Source of the DNA: Marsupella aquatica
Lineage: Eukaryota > Plantae > Marchantiophyta
Assembly (NCBI GenBank): GCA_973895155.1
Contig: OZ316891.1
Coordinates: 12,398,771-12,462,770, forward strand
Length of the DNA stretch: 64,000 nt
Direction: 5' to 3'
Every line of letters begins with the position of its first letter. The stretch's first letter is position 1. Shown one piece after another: positions 1 to 10,991 of the stretch. Made by a program: the position numbers and the translations under genes. Below the pieces are notes generated by a model. The model was not told the DNA's origin, did no database searches, and saw only the letters and a program-made list of their open reading frames with translations.

Positions 1-1254
1 CATAGAATCCACATGCTCCACTCTAGGAGCAATGACATCTCCTTCCAAGATATACAAATTATTCTGCCGTAGCGCCTTAATCAAAGATACATCATCTTTG
101 ACGACAAAGAGCGCACCATCACGTGCAGTGAAATGAGATCCACCAGCTTCCAAAGCACCAAGAGAAATCAAATTCTTAGAGATGTCTGGTATGTGTCTGA
201 CTCTCGTCAGTGCTCGCACAACACCATCAAACATCCGGAATTTGATAGTCCCCATGCCAACAATCGCACATCGGACTCCATTTCCGATTTCCACAGTACC
301 GGTACAAGGTTGGTAAGTGGAGAAATACGATTGCGTTGGACACACGTGATAAGAGGAACCCAAATCCAACATCCATTTATTGTCATACACAGAATTCACA
401 GCACCAATACATAGCACTTCAACAGCATCCTCATTATCAGCAATCACAATACCAGTCGACGATGAGGACGCACCATTGGAAGCAGGATGCTTCTGCTTTG
501 ACAGAGAAGGACAATTCCACTTGGTGTGGCCCTTCTCATGGCAATGCCAACACTGCACTTTCTTACTACGGGACTTAGATTTAGATCTACTATGTGATTT
601 AGATCTAGACTGATCCGTAGTATGCTCCGTCGATCTGCCTCTAACCACTAAGGCAGTAGACTCATTATCACGGCCAGAAAGTTGTCGCTTGCCCCATTCT
701 GCAAGAATGGTAGCCTTTACCTCATCCAGCTTCAACGTAGACTTGTCATGTGTGATAACTGTCACCAACGTCGAATAGCTATGAGGAAGCGACATCAACA
801 AATGCATCGCAAGATACTCATCGGTCAACTTGTCTCCCGCCGTGGCCACCTCGTGCACAATCTCATCAAAGAGACTGAGGTGATCACGCATGTTGCCACC
901 ATCCTTCAACTTCAACCTGAACAGCCGCTCCAAGTGATAAATGCGAGTAGTCAACAAAGTACTCTGGTATAGCTGAGTAAGCATATCCCAGATTTTCTTG
1001 GCATTCCGATCCATCCCCAACACGTTCTTGAGAATGTTGTTTGCCAAGAACAACTCAATTGTGCTACACGCCTGCACCGACATGTCCTCCCACTCCTCAT
1101 CTGTTAGATTCGAGGGTTTCACTCCAGTGAGGGTCTTCTCAAGACCCTGCTGGATCAACACATTGGTCACCTTCCGAGTCCAGAGGCTGAATCTGACCTT
1201 CCCGTCAAACTTCTCCACCTCAAACTTCGGCGCCGCAAGCTTTCTTGAAGTCAT
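1..1254 (-). CDS. Copia A gag-pol polyprotein, N-terminal part (gag, zinc knuckle, aspartic protease); truncated by the window edge
   Basis: Manual translation of the minus strand: MTSRKLAAPKFEVEKFDGKVRFSLW...LLMSLPHSYSTLV...CWHCHEKGHTKWNC (CX2CX4HX4C)...KWMLDLGSSYHVC...FRMFDGVVRALTRVRHIPDISKNLISLGAL. No stop before position 1, which is why it is missing from the ORF track. Confidence 0.9.
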   Translation of the reverse strand, partial: MTSRKLAAPKFEVEKFDGKVRFSLWTRKVTNVLIQQGLEKTLTGVKPSNLTDEEWEDMSVQACSTIELFLANNILKNVLGMDRNAKKIWDMLTQLYQSTLLTTRIYHLERLFRLKLKDGGNMRDHLSLFDEIVHEVATAGDKLTDEYLAMHLLMSLPHSYSTLVTVITHDKSTLKLDEVKATILAEWGKRQLSGRDNESTALVVRGRSTEHTTDQSRSKSHSRSKSKSRSKKVQCWHCHEKGHTKWNCPSLSKQKHPASNGASSSSTGIVIADNEDAVEVLCIGAVNSVYDNKWMLDLGSSYHVCPTQSYFSTYQPCTGTVEIGNGVRCAIVGMGTIKFRMFDGVVRALTRVRHIPDISKNLISLGALEAGGSHFTARDGALFVVKDDVSLIKALRQNNLYILEGDVIAPRVEHVDSM

Positions 1255-2021
1255 TGATGCTGCCACAAACACACAGGAAACACAACCGAAATACCTCCAC
1301 CCAAAAAGTCACCAAAAAATGAAAGTTGGTGAAAGTGGAAATGGAATGCAATGCCGCGTAGCCTGCAAGGTACACTACCAAGATCTGAAAATGATTTGGC
1401 AAAAAACTTCTCTAGCGAAAACTTATTCAACCCGGACCGGAGGGGGGTCAAAATGGCCGTTTGGACCCCCGTCGGGTATCTTAGGTCCCAAAATTTTTTT
1501 GCAATAGTTAAATGCAAATCGATTTCATAGGCCCATGCTCAACTTCCTTGAGTATCCCCTTGCAAAGCAGTGCGAAAAAATTCTGCCTCCACAACCGCCG
1601 AATTCGGAAATTTCGGCCAAAATTCAGCTCTCTGGAAAAGTATCTTTCGGAGGGAATCAAAGTACAGTCGAATTTTACAGCAGAAGAAATGTGGAGCCAA
1701 CACCTGTCCACCTGGGAAGTAAGAGTAATCGCGGAGAGAAAAAGAAAAGAACACTTAAAAGAAAAAAAACAATGAAGACTAGGGACGAGCGTTCGTCCCT
1801 ACCGACCTCAAAAAAATTCTTTAAAAAAACTTTTCCGTGCCTTGCCCTCCTGCGCATAGGGTCGCGCATTGACCCTTTAAATACTTCCTCGTACCCTCCT
1901 TAAATGCACCCGAGCCCTCCTGGCTAGCTCGTACATTTATAGGGCCTCGTGCCCTTGAAACCACTTAAGTGCTCCCGAAAGGAGGGAGCATTAAAACTCC
2001 CCTCTCACCCCTTCTCCAAGC

Positions 2022-5000
2022 ATTCACGGAGACTAGTCCCTATTTTGTCATTAAATGCACCTCGGTTCTCCCCCACACCCCACCGGAAGACCCTCCTCAT
2101 TTTTGTGTCACAATTCAGTTTCAGGCCAGCCTTTTTGGGTTCCCTCGTTGCCCTTGCCCATCCCATGCCTGGGCAGCCCTTAAAATCACACCCTTCCTGC
2201 CCAACACCCCACCTGAAGACTCTCTTCATTTTTGTGTCACAAGTCAGTTTCAGGCCAACCATTTTGGGTTCCCTCGTTGCCCCTGCCCATCCCATGCCTG
2301 GGCAGCCCTTAAAACCAGCATGGGCAGCCCTTAAAACCCCACCCTTCCTGCTGATGACTGTTTGTTGAGTAGGGGTGGTGAACAAAGTTGCCATGACACG
2401 AAGGAGTGTTTATGGCAAGCATCTACTCTTTCCCTTATCCCCTTTCTATGTCTTTCCCCAATTTCTCCAAAGAATAGTCTTCCATGAACTTTAGTAAGGT
2501 GAACCAGTGGTTTGGGTGAAATCCAGGTGCCTCGCCGATGCTATTTGGGTGCTATTTTTTAAAATTTGTTTTTTGCAGTTAAATCAAGTGGCCCTTAAAC
2601 AATTCTTTGATGCTATTTTGCCAAAAACCTTTGTGGAATTATTCATGTTAGACTTGAGCATTTCGTTGGTGTTATTTTTGTGAAAGTTTTTTTCAGATGT
2701 GAGCACCAAGCTAGAGCATTTCAGGCAATTTACACAATGTCACTTAAATGGTAATTTTTATTGTTTAGCTTAGTACACAATGCACTAATTGAATTCTCAA
2801 GGCATCAATTGAATTCATAAAAATGAGCATTAGGATGCACATAGTAACAAATGTAAAAGCAGTTATATGACCTTAAAATTTGAGCTCAATGTTGGTGAAA
2901 CAACCACAAAATTAACTATCAAAATCATATCACAATTCACATCTCTATGTTTACTCAAAGTGACACAAAAAGAACTTGGTGTGTTTAGGAAATACTCACA
3001 TTGGACTCCTTTTTTTGGCAAAATAGCATCAAAGAATTGTTTGAATCACACTTGATTTATTTGCAGAATTTTTTTTTTAAAAAATAGTACCCAAAACCAT
3101 TGACTCGCCTTACTAAAGTTCAGGTAAGACTATGCTTTGGAGAAATACTTTCAGGTGTGAGTACTGCCAAAATATTTGAGATGGAATAACTAAAGAGAGT
3201 AAATATTAGGTACCTTAAAGTAGTACTTACCTTGCACAAGTATTTCAAAACATGAAAAAAATTGAATATGGGAGTGACAAGGGCTAAATACTTTGTACAT
3301 ATGTTATCTATTTATTTTAAGCAAGTGTACACTTAAAAATTGCTTCTAGAGAGTACATTTGGTGGACTGATGTAGATAATTGTAGGATTATGTTACAATT
3401 AAAAAATGCAGAAAAGAATCACTGACACAGGTCATGAGAAAGGGTTGCAGGGACAAGGGGCCCCATTAAGTATATTTGAAAAGTGAGGGGCTAGTCATGA
3501 TTATCTTTACCTATAGGGGACCCATCAAGTATTTTGCCGGCGCTTTTTGTGATAGTTTAGTTTCTGCACTGAAATTCCTTTCTTTGTCTTTTCTCAACTC
3601 CATTTCTCAACCAAACCAGACTTTTTGACATCCTTTGATTCATGCCAGAAATTTTTGTCTGTAGGGTTGTAGTTATTTTAGTCATTTTTGCAGTTGTTTG
3701 GACTCAGGCTTATTTTGGCTCTTTAATCTTACAGAGGTTAGGCTAATGTTTTCACCCCTTTATTGAGTCACTTGCCTTTGGTATCCTGTGTCCTGGTTTG
3801 ACATTTTTTGTTCTTTGGAAATGTCACATATACATTCTCCTTCAACCAGATAGTTCTTTTCTGGAATCTGAGATAATTTTGTTCCTACAAAAGAGACCTC
3901 AATGCAACCACACTCAATGCTGAGAGGAATTCCTGCCTGAAAAAAATTATATTTACGGACCTCCATTAGGGGTCTCTTGCAAATTCTCTGCCATGAGGTT
4001 GCGCCACATCATCACAACTAGCCACAAACAGGAATGATCCTACTTTTAACAATAACAAACGTGCACATACTTGTTTGTGGCAAAAGCAACGTAATTTTTG
4101 GGGCGCCATGCCGTAAATATTAAACGTAAAAAAACCAAAATACAAAGGAAGAGATGTCATTTAGTAAAACAAAGTTACCATTTTGATGTTTGTCAAAGAT
4201 ATATCAGTGTTTTATATCAAAATGCTTGTATTTTTTAATTGTTTGCAAGTTTGAAAAAATCAATCGATAGAAATGTACATAATTAAAACCCATTTGGCTT
4301 CACATTGTAAAACTAAATAATAAATCTCCTTAGTACTTGATAAAATTTGCCAATGTTTGATTCATTGGAAAATTCAAGATCAAGATTTAGAAACTCGTGA
4401 TCTCTTTAGTAATGTCTTGATAAAATCTCTCAATGTCACTCATTGGAAAGCTAGAGTAAAATTAAAAACTCATCATCTCCTTAGTACTTGACAAAATCTA
4501 TCAATGTTAGGTTCATTTGAAAGCTAGAGAAATTTAGATACTCATGATCTCTCTATTTCTTGACAAATAATCTCAATGTCACACATTAGAAAGCTAAAAA
4601 GATTGAAAGCCTCCTGATCTCTTGAGTACCGTGACAAAATCTGACATAAAATTTGTAAATGTCAGACTCAATGTTAGAAAGCTAAAAGAATTCATGAACT
4701 CATAATCAAAATTTCTTATACTAACACTCATTGGAAAGGCAAAGATATTCAAAAACTCATACGGAACTTGACCAAATTTGTCAATTTGAGGCTCATTGGA
4801 AACCCTTTCTCGATTAAGAGATATCACAATCTCATCACCGTCACAAACTTAGCCACTACAAATTGATTTCTTTGATTATGTCACCATCGCTTGTCCACAA
4901 TGCTTGCTTCCCGGCTTGAATTGTTCGCATCTCTTAGATAGTCTTCAACTAAAGCTCACTCTAAACACAGGTTGACGCCAAATGCAGCCTCTATGTCAAA

Positions 5001-5810
5001 GAAACAATTGTTGGTCTTCCCCTCACACCATAGCTTTCTTAAATAAAAATAACTACAAATCCTTTGTTTGAAGTGACGGCTCTTTCATTTTGTGTGTTCT
5101 TCCCACCAAATTGACAAGCGCTTTTTTGCCAACAACTGAGTGTTGTGCTCTAGATTGTCTTGTGGCAGTAATGCTCAATGTAACTCACAAACAATCAATC
5201 AAGAATGGTTGAAAGATGATTTCTCCAATGTGTAAGCAAAACCTATATGAAAACTCAATTCCTCCACATTCAACCTTCCATTTGATAAATCTCTATCTTT
5301 TGAGCATTTGTTTTTGTACGAGCACACACCAACACCATCGAGAGACTCAAAACCGTTGGTTACCGCCTTGATGAAAATTGATTTCACTTAATCACACAAA
5401 CATTCCTTGGATGAACATGGGGGTCCACGGATTAATTGTAGGGAGGGTTTAGTTCTTCTTGCAATTGGTGACTACTCTCGCCTTATTTGGCTCTTTGGTC
5501 TTGGGTTTTATTTCCATGTTTCAAACTTTCAAAATCCAGTCAGACAAATCTGAGGAATGGCGAGAGAGCAGGCCAGAGAAGCCATTATTTAAAATTAAAA
5601 TATATATAAAAAAATATATAAATAAAGGGGTTACCAAAAAGGGCGAGGATTTAAGGGCTGCCCAAGCATGGGATGGGCAGGGGCAGCCAGGGGACCCAAA
5701 AAGGCTGGCCTGGAAAAAGTGGGACACAAAAACGAGGAGAGTCTTCCGGTGAGATGTGGGGGAAAACCAAGATGCATTTAATGACAAAACAGGGACTCGT
5801 CTCCCTGAAT
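2022..5810. mobile_element. Non-autonomous TIR DNA transposon, copy 1 (3.8 kb)
   Basis: ~160-bp imperfect terminal inverted repeats (2022-2185 vs 5650-5810) with ends ATTCAC...CTGAAT; flanked by direct repeat CTCCAAGC (2014-2021 and 5811-5818); no transposase ORF seen. Confidence 0.85.
2461..3146. mobile_element. Nested foldback/MITE-like element inside TIR element copy 1 (equivalent at 6528-7221 in copy 2)
   Basis: ATTTCTCCAAAG...ACTTTAGTAAGG...CAATTCTTTGATGCTATTTTGCCAAAAA at the left is mirrored by TTTTTGGCAAAATAGCATCAAAGAATTG...CCTTACTAAAGT...CTTTGGAGAAAT at the right. Confidence 0.7.
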
Positions 5811-6110
5811 CTCCAAGCTGCAGCATAGGGCCTTGAGCCTAATTAAAAACTCCCAAGGGAAAGGAGTGCTCGCTCCCCCTCTCCCCCTCTTCAATGCTCA
5901 TAGGGCCTTGTGCCCAAAGAAAATGACTCCCGTAAGAAGGGAGCACAAATCCTTCCCTTCCCACTTAATGCAGTACTTTCAAGTACTGTACCTGCAGGTA
6001 CAGTTGTACTTGTTCACACCTTGGGCCCTGCAGGAAAATACTCCCGTGAGGAGGGAGCTCCCTCTCCCCACTGTACCGGGTACAGTTGTACCCCGCCCAC
6101 CTGCTTGTGC

Positions 6111-8375
6111 ATTCATGGAGACTAGTCCCTGTTTTGTCATTAAATGCACCTCGGTTCTCCCCCGCACCCCACCGGAAGACCCTCCTCATTTTTGTGTCAC
6201 AATTCAGTTTCAGGCCAGCCTTTTTGGGTTCCCTCATTGCCCCTGCCCATCCTATGCCTGGGCAGCCCTTAAAATCACACCCTTCCTTCCCAACACCCCA
6301 CCTGAAGACTCTCCTCATTTTTGTGTCACAAGTTGGTTTCAGGCCAACCTTTTTGGGTTCCCTCGCTGCCCCTGCCCATCCCATGCCTGGGCAGCCCCTA
6401 AAACCCCACCCTTCCAGCTGCTGACTGTTTGTTGAGTAGGGGTGGTGAACAAAGTTGCCATGACATGAAGGAGTGTTTACGGCAAGCATCTACTCTTTCC
6501 CTTATCCCCTTTCTATGTCTTTCCCCAATTTCTCCAAAGAATAGTCTTCCGTGAACTTTAGTAAGGTGAACCAATGGTTTGGGTGAAATCCGGGTGCCTC
6601 ACCGATGCTATTTGGGTGCTATTTTTTTAATTTGTTTTTTGCAGTTAAATCAAGTGGCCCTTAAACCATTCTTTGATGCTATTTTGCCAAAAACCTTTGT
6701 GGAAATATTCATGTTAGACTTGAGCTTTTCGTTGGTGTTATTTTTGTGAAAGTTTTTTTCAGATGTGAGCATCTAGCTAGAGCATTTCAGGCAATTTATG
6801 TCACTTAAATGGTAATTTTTATTGTTTAGCTTAGTACACAATGTACTAATTGAATTCACAAGGCATCAATTGATTCATAAAAATGAGCACTAGGATGCAT
6901 ATAGTAACAAATGTAAAAGCAGTTATATGACCTTAAAATTTGAGCTCAATGTTGGTGAAACAACCACAAAATTAGCTATCAAAATCATATCACAATTCAC
7001 ATCTCTATGTTTACTCAAAGTGACACAAAAGAAACTTTCACAAAAAGAACTCGGTGTGTTTAGGAAATACTCACGTTGGACTCCTTTTTTTGGCAAAATA
7101 GCATCAAAGAATTGTTTAAATCACACTTGATTTATTTGCAGAAAACAAATTTTAAAAAATAGTACCCAAAACCATTGACCCGCCTTACTAAAGTTCAGGT
7201 AAGACTATGCTTTGGAGAAATACTTTCAGGTGTGAGTACTGCCAAAAAATTTGAGATGGAATAACTAAAGAGAGTAAATATTAGGTACCTTAAAGTAGTA
7301 CTTACCTTGCACAAGTATTTCAACACATGAAAAAAAATGAATATGGGAGTGACAAGGGCTAAATACTTTGTACATATGTTATCTATTTATTTTAAGCAAG
7401 TGTACACTTAAAATTGCTTCTAGAGAGTACATTTGGTGGACTGATGTAGATAATTGTAGGATTATGTTACAATTAAAAAATGCAGAAAAGAATCACTGAC
7501 ACAGGTCATGAGAAAGGGTTGCAGGGACAAGGGGCCCCATTAAGTATATTTGAAAAGTGAGAGTCACGAATATCTTTACCTAGAGGGGACCCATCAAGTA
7601 TTTTGCTGGCGCTTTTTGTGATAGTTTAGTTTCTGCCTTGAAATTCCTTTCTTTGTCTTTTCTCAACTCCATTTCTCAACCGACATCCTTTGATTCATGC
7701 CAAATTTTTTTGTCTGTAGGGTTGTAGTTATTTTAGTCATTTTTGCAGTTGTTTGGACTCAGGCTTATTTTGGCTCTTTAATCTTACAGAGGTTAGGCTA
7801 ATGTTTTCACCCCTTTATTGAGTCACTTGCCTTTGGTATCCTGTTTCCTGGTTTGACATTTTTTGTTCTTTGGAAATGTCACATATACATTCTCCTTCAA
7901 CCAGATAGTTCTTTTCTGGAACCTGAGATAATTTTGTTCCTACAAAAGAGACCTCAATGCAACCACACTCAATGCTGAGAGGAATTCCTGTCTGAAAAAA
8001 ATTATATTTGTAGGGAGGGTTTAGTTCTTCTTGCAATTGGTGACTGCGCTAGCCTTATTTGGCTCTTTGGTCTTATTTCCATGTTTCAAACTTTCAAAAT
8101 ACAGTTAGAAAAATCTGACTAATGACCAGAGAGCTGGCCAGAGAACCCATTATTTAAAATAAAAGTATAGAAATAAAAATATAGAAATAAAGTGGTTACC
8201 AAAAAGGGCTAGGTTTTAAGGGCTGCCCAAGCATGGGATGGGCAGGGGCAGCTAGGGGACCCAAAAAGGCTGGCCTGAAAAAAGTGGGACAGAAAAACGA
8301 GGAGAGTTTTCCGGTGAGGTGTGGGGGAAAACCAAGATGCATTTAATGACAAAACAGGGACTCGTCTCCCTGAAT
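6111..8375. mobile_element. Non-autonomous TIR DNA transposon, copy 2 (2.3 kb), same family and orientation as copy 1
   Basis: Colinear with copy 1 except that it lacks ~3955-5437; ends ATTCAT...CTGAAT; has its own TSD GCTTGTGC (6103-6110 and 8376-8383). Confidence 0.85.
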
Positions 8376-8968
8376 GCTTGTGCCTTTGGCCTCGTACCGC
8401 CACGTACAGGCGTACGTATGATGGGGCTTGTACACTCGCCCTGGTAGTCCTCTCGTACTTTCTCCTGCCGCTCCGCCGAAAAATGTTGCGCAGCGGCGAC
8501 CTCGAGAGAAAAGCCCAACAAGCAAAATTTTGCAACTTTGGCTTACGAAAACTTGACTTTTAACGAGAAGGAAAACGGCCCCACTGGCCCCACAATGAGA
8601 AGAGTCGAAACATAAACAAAGCATAACCTAGAGCATCAAGCTCTTAACAGCAAACTCAAGATGAGATTACTCCGCACTCGGAAAACGAAAAGTAATGAAA
8701 CTTTCGCCAGAACTTAGTGCATACCGACGTGCATAGAAGATCGTTGGACTGGACACCCAACAATCCCTTCAGAAAAACACAGTGACACATCCAACACTTC
8801 AGAGAAGTTACAATTGGAAAACCGTCACCCTTTCTGAACACGAATCCTTCAAAATGAAACGGCCAGTGAAAAGATCACGCAACCGTCGACGACGATTCAA
8901 TCTTTCACCACGATCCAACACAACGATCGCTCTCATCACTGCCCAGGCCACCGAACCACGAACACGAA

Positions 8969-8980
8969 GCTCTGATACCA
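8969..8980 (-). other. Primer-binding site (tRNA-iMet) of copia A
   Basis: GCTCTGATACCA on plus = TGGTATCAGAGC on minus, 2 nt from the LTR end. Confidence 0.92.
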
Positions 8981-8982
8981 CT

Positions 8983-9281
8983 TGTAAGAAACCATCAGCT
9001 CCGGACTAGACAGCAATGCGGAAACATGAGAGAGACACACTCAATCAGATGCTACACCAATGAAACACCCCAAGTGGAGAAACTTCTGAAGGCTCCATAG
9101 CAAATGAGAGTACATGTGAAGAATGAGGGAGAGAGTGCTCTCCCTCCAGCCTATACCCCCCAAGGGGACCAAGATGAGTGGGCCTAAACTAAGCGGATCT
9201 TATCCTAATGTAATCTAGGGTTAAAACTAACCCTAGTAAGGCCAAGCTAACTATGTCGGGAACTAGAGTCAATTCCTAACA
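8983..9281 (-). repeat. 5' LTR of copia A (~299 bp)
   Basis: TG...CA termini (TGTAAG...CTAACA) next to the PBS. The partner LTR is outside the window, so the outer boundary is inferred. Confidence 0.75.
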
Positions 9282-10699
9282 TTCTTGTCTCCCGTTCTCT
9301 TGGCACTTTTAATTCTTTGCCCATGTGATATAACCTTTCCTGATACAAAAGTGAAGACTGAAAACATTGCAATCATCAACCTGGTTTTTCCTGCGTTTTC
9401 TCCCCATTCGGGTCCCCATTATAAGGTCTCCTGCCTTTGGCTTCTTGTCTCCCAGTTTGGTGCATTTTGTTCTTTGGAGGAAGTTTGATATAATCTTTCC
9501 AGAAATGCAACAAACATTAAAGCTGAAAACACTTCAATCATCAAGCTGTTTTTTAATGATTGTTTTGGCCCCTCTATTGGGTCACTCTCCTCTCTTTGGG
9601 TTCTTGTCTCTCAATTTGGCGCTTTTAGTTTGGGCAGCGTTAGTGATAAAAACCAAAAAAACAGAAGACACCACAAACACTTCAATCCCAGAAAATCAAA
9701 AGACAAAGAGGCTTGCCCCTTTAAAGGACAGTCTGAACTCATTACAACAAATGTGTATCATTAGCTCATCACACTATTGGACTAGTAGATCTTTTCCATT
9801 TTAATTTTTATGTTTCCTACTACGTTTGGTAAAATCATCTGCCCACTTTATTTGAATTTGGTGTTTGTCCCTTGGAACTGTTTTGCTTTTAGTACATTGA
9901 CATGCTTTGTTTCACCCTTCTTTCAAATACACAGGCATGTCTTTATTGTTTTCCTGAAATTAAAGCCTAGATCGACTGATGCATACATTAAACCCTAAAC
10001 CCTAAACAGACTAGTCACTTTACACCTAGTCATGAGATAATCTAACTACAAATATAAAAATTAAAAATATTTTGACTGTTCACCTATGTTTTCATTAAGG
10101 TAAAGATCTAAAAGTCAACCTACGGGATGGACCTAACTGACATGCCACATTTTGTACCGCATTCTGTACATATATTTGAAATCTTTGGTAGCTCCGCAAG
10201 AGCAAATTACTTGAAGGGCTCCACGTAACAAAAGCAACACTCCTTGAAAAAAAGTATTTCTAATAGTTCTGTAGTGGCAAAAAATAATTCAATGCGCTCC
10301 TTGTAACAAGAGAGGTGTTCTCTAAAACATAGCTAGGATTCAGCGACAGCATGCATTCACACAAATTAAGATCTCTGGTAGCTCCCCAATAGCAAAATTA
10401 GTCAGTCCTTTTTTTCATAGGAGAAACAGTATCTGAAAAGCATGATTCCGCAACAATACTGCTACAAATTAAAATCTTTGGTAAATCTGCAAGGGCAAAA
10501 TTACACAATGAAACCATTGTGTAACAAGAGTCACCCTCTATGAAAAATGGGATTCTCCAACAATGTTCCTGTAACTTGTAACTTGTACAGTCAATTTTAT
10601 CCAATACATCCAGGTTTGACTTTTCCACAGGCGTTTACATATAGGAGATGTGTCAAAATGTGACAGTAAAATGTACTATGTCAGTCTGCATAGTTTGAC

Positions 10700-10991
10700 T
10701 GAATGCTTGAACTTTTGGCGACCATGTTTTCCACATGATTTATTGTTGCTCATGTCAGCATAATCACTTCGGATATCTCCAGTTGTTGTCATCAGCAACC
10801 TTAGACAATTTACAGAATGCTCCGCTACCAACACTTGAAAAAGCTTGCAAGGATGCTTTCAAGGTCTCATTGCTTTGGTGAATCACTTGAGCCCCAATAC
10901 ATTTTTGGTGCAATTAAGCTAGACCAGTGAGCTATTAGGCTTTCTTCAAGGGATGGCTGCTTCCAAGCCCACCTCCTGGTTGTCATCGTTT
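10700..10991 (-). pseudogene. rrn26: NUMT: fragment of mitochondrial large-subunit rRNA (rrn26), GTPase-associated centre region
   Basis: Minus strand reads GACAACCAGGAGGTGGGCTTGGAAGCAGCCATCCCTTGAAGAAAGCCTAATAGCTCACTGGTCTAGC...GGGCTCAAGTGATTCACC...GAGACCTTGAAAGC...ACTGGAGATATC...ATGCTGACATGAG, matching recalled plant mitochondrial 26S rRNA. Only ~290 bp and substituted. Confidence 0.8.

Larger units (their letters stand above)
1..9281 (-). mobile_element. Ty1/copia LTR retrotransposon A (5' part; continues beyond the left edge), with two nested TIR elements in its leader
   Basis: 5' LTR 9281-8983 (TGTTAGG...TTACA on minus), 2-nt spacer, then PBS TGGTATCAGAGC, a long leader, and gag-pol starting at 1254 and open to the window edge. 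Confidence 0.9.

Noticed and set aside
1235-1250. 16-nt match between the copia A gag start (CTTCAAGAAAGCTTGC on minus) and the 3' arm of the 54.2-kb hairpin, suggesting an anti-TE small RNA
   Set aside because: About one 16-mer match is expected by chance between any two positions of a 64-kb window, and pairing does not extend to 21 nt. Revisit only if small RNAs are found.
133-1507. Plus-strand ORFs in the ORF track
   Set aside because: They are antisense shadows of the minus-strand copia gag-pol.
1949-2394. ORFs with repeated CPCPSHAW/AHPMPGQ peptides (also 5521-6489, 8209-8563)
   Set aside because: They are translations of the TIR/subterminal repeats, open on several frames and strands, with no domain signal.
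2022-8375. Simple 4-kb tandem duplication
   Set aside because: Each unit has its own distinct TSD and the spacer between them is unique leader sequence, so these are two insertions.
9991-10007. Interstitial telomeric array
   Set aside because: Only ~2.5 copies of CCCTAAA; at most a telo-box.
10700-10991. Functional rRNA gene
   Set aside because: It is only a short substituted fragment in nuclear repeat context.
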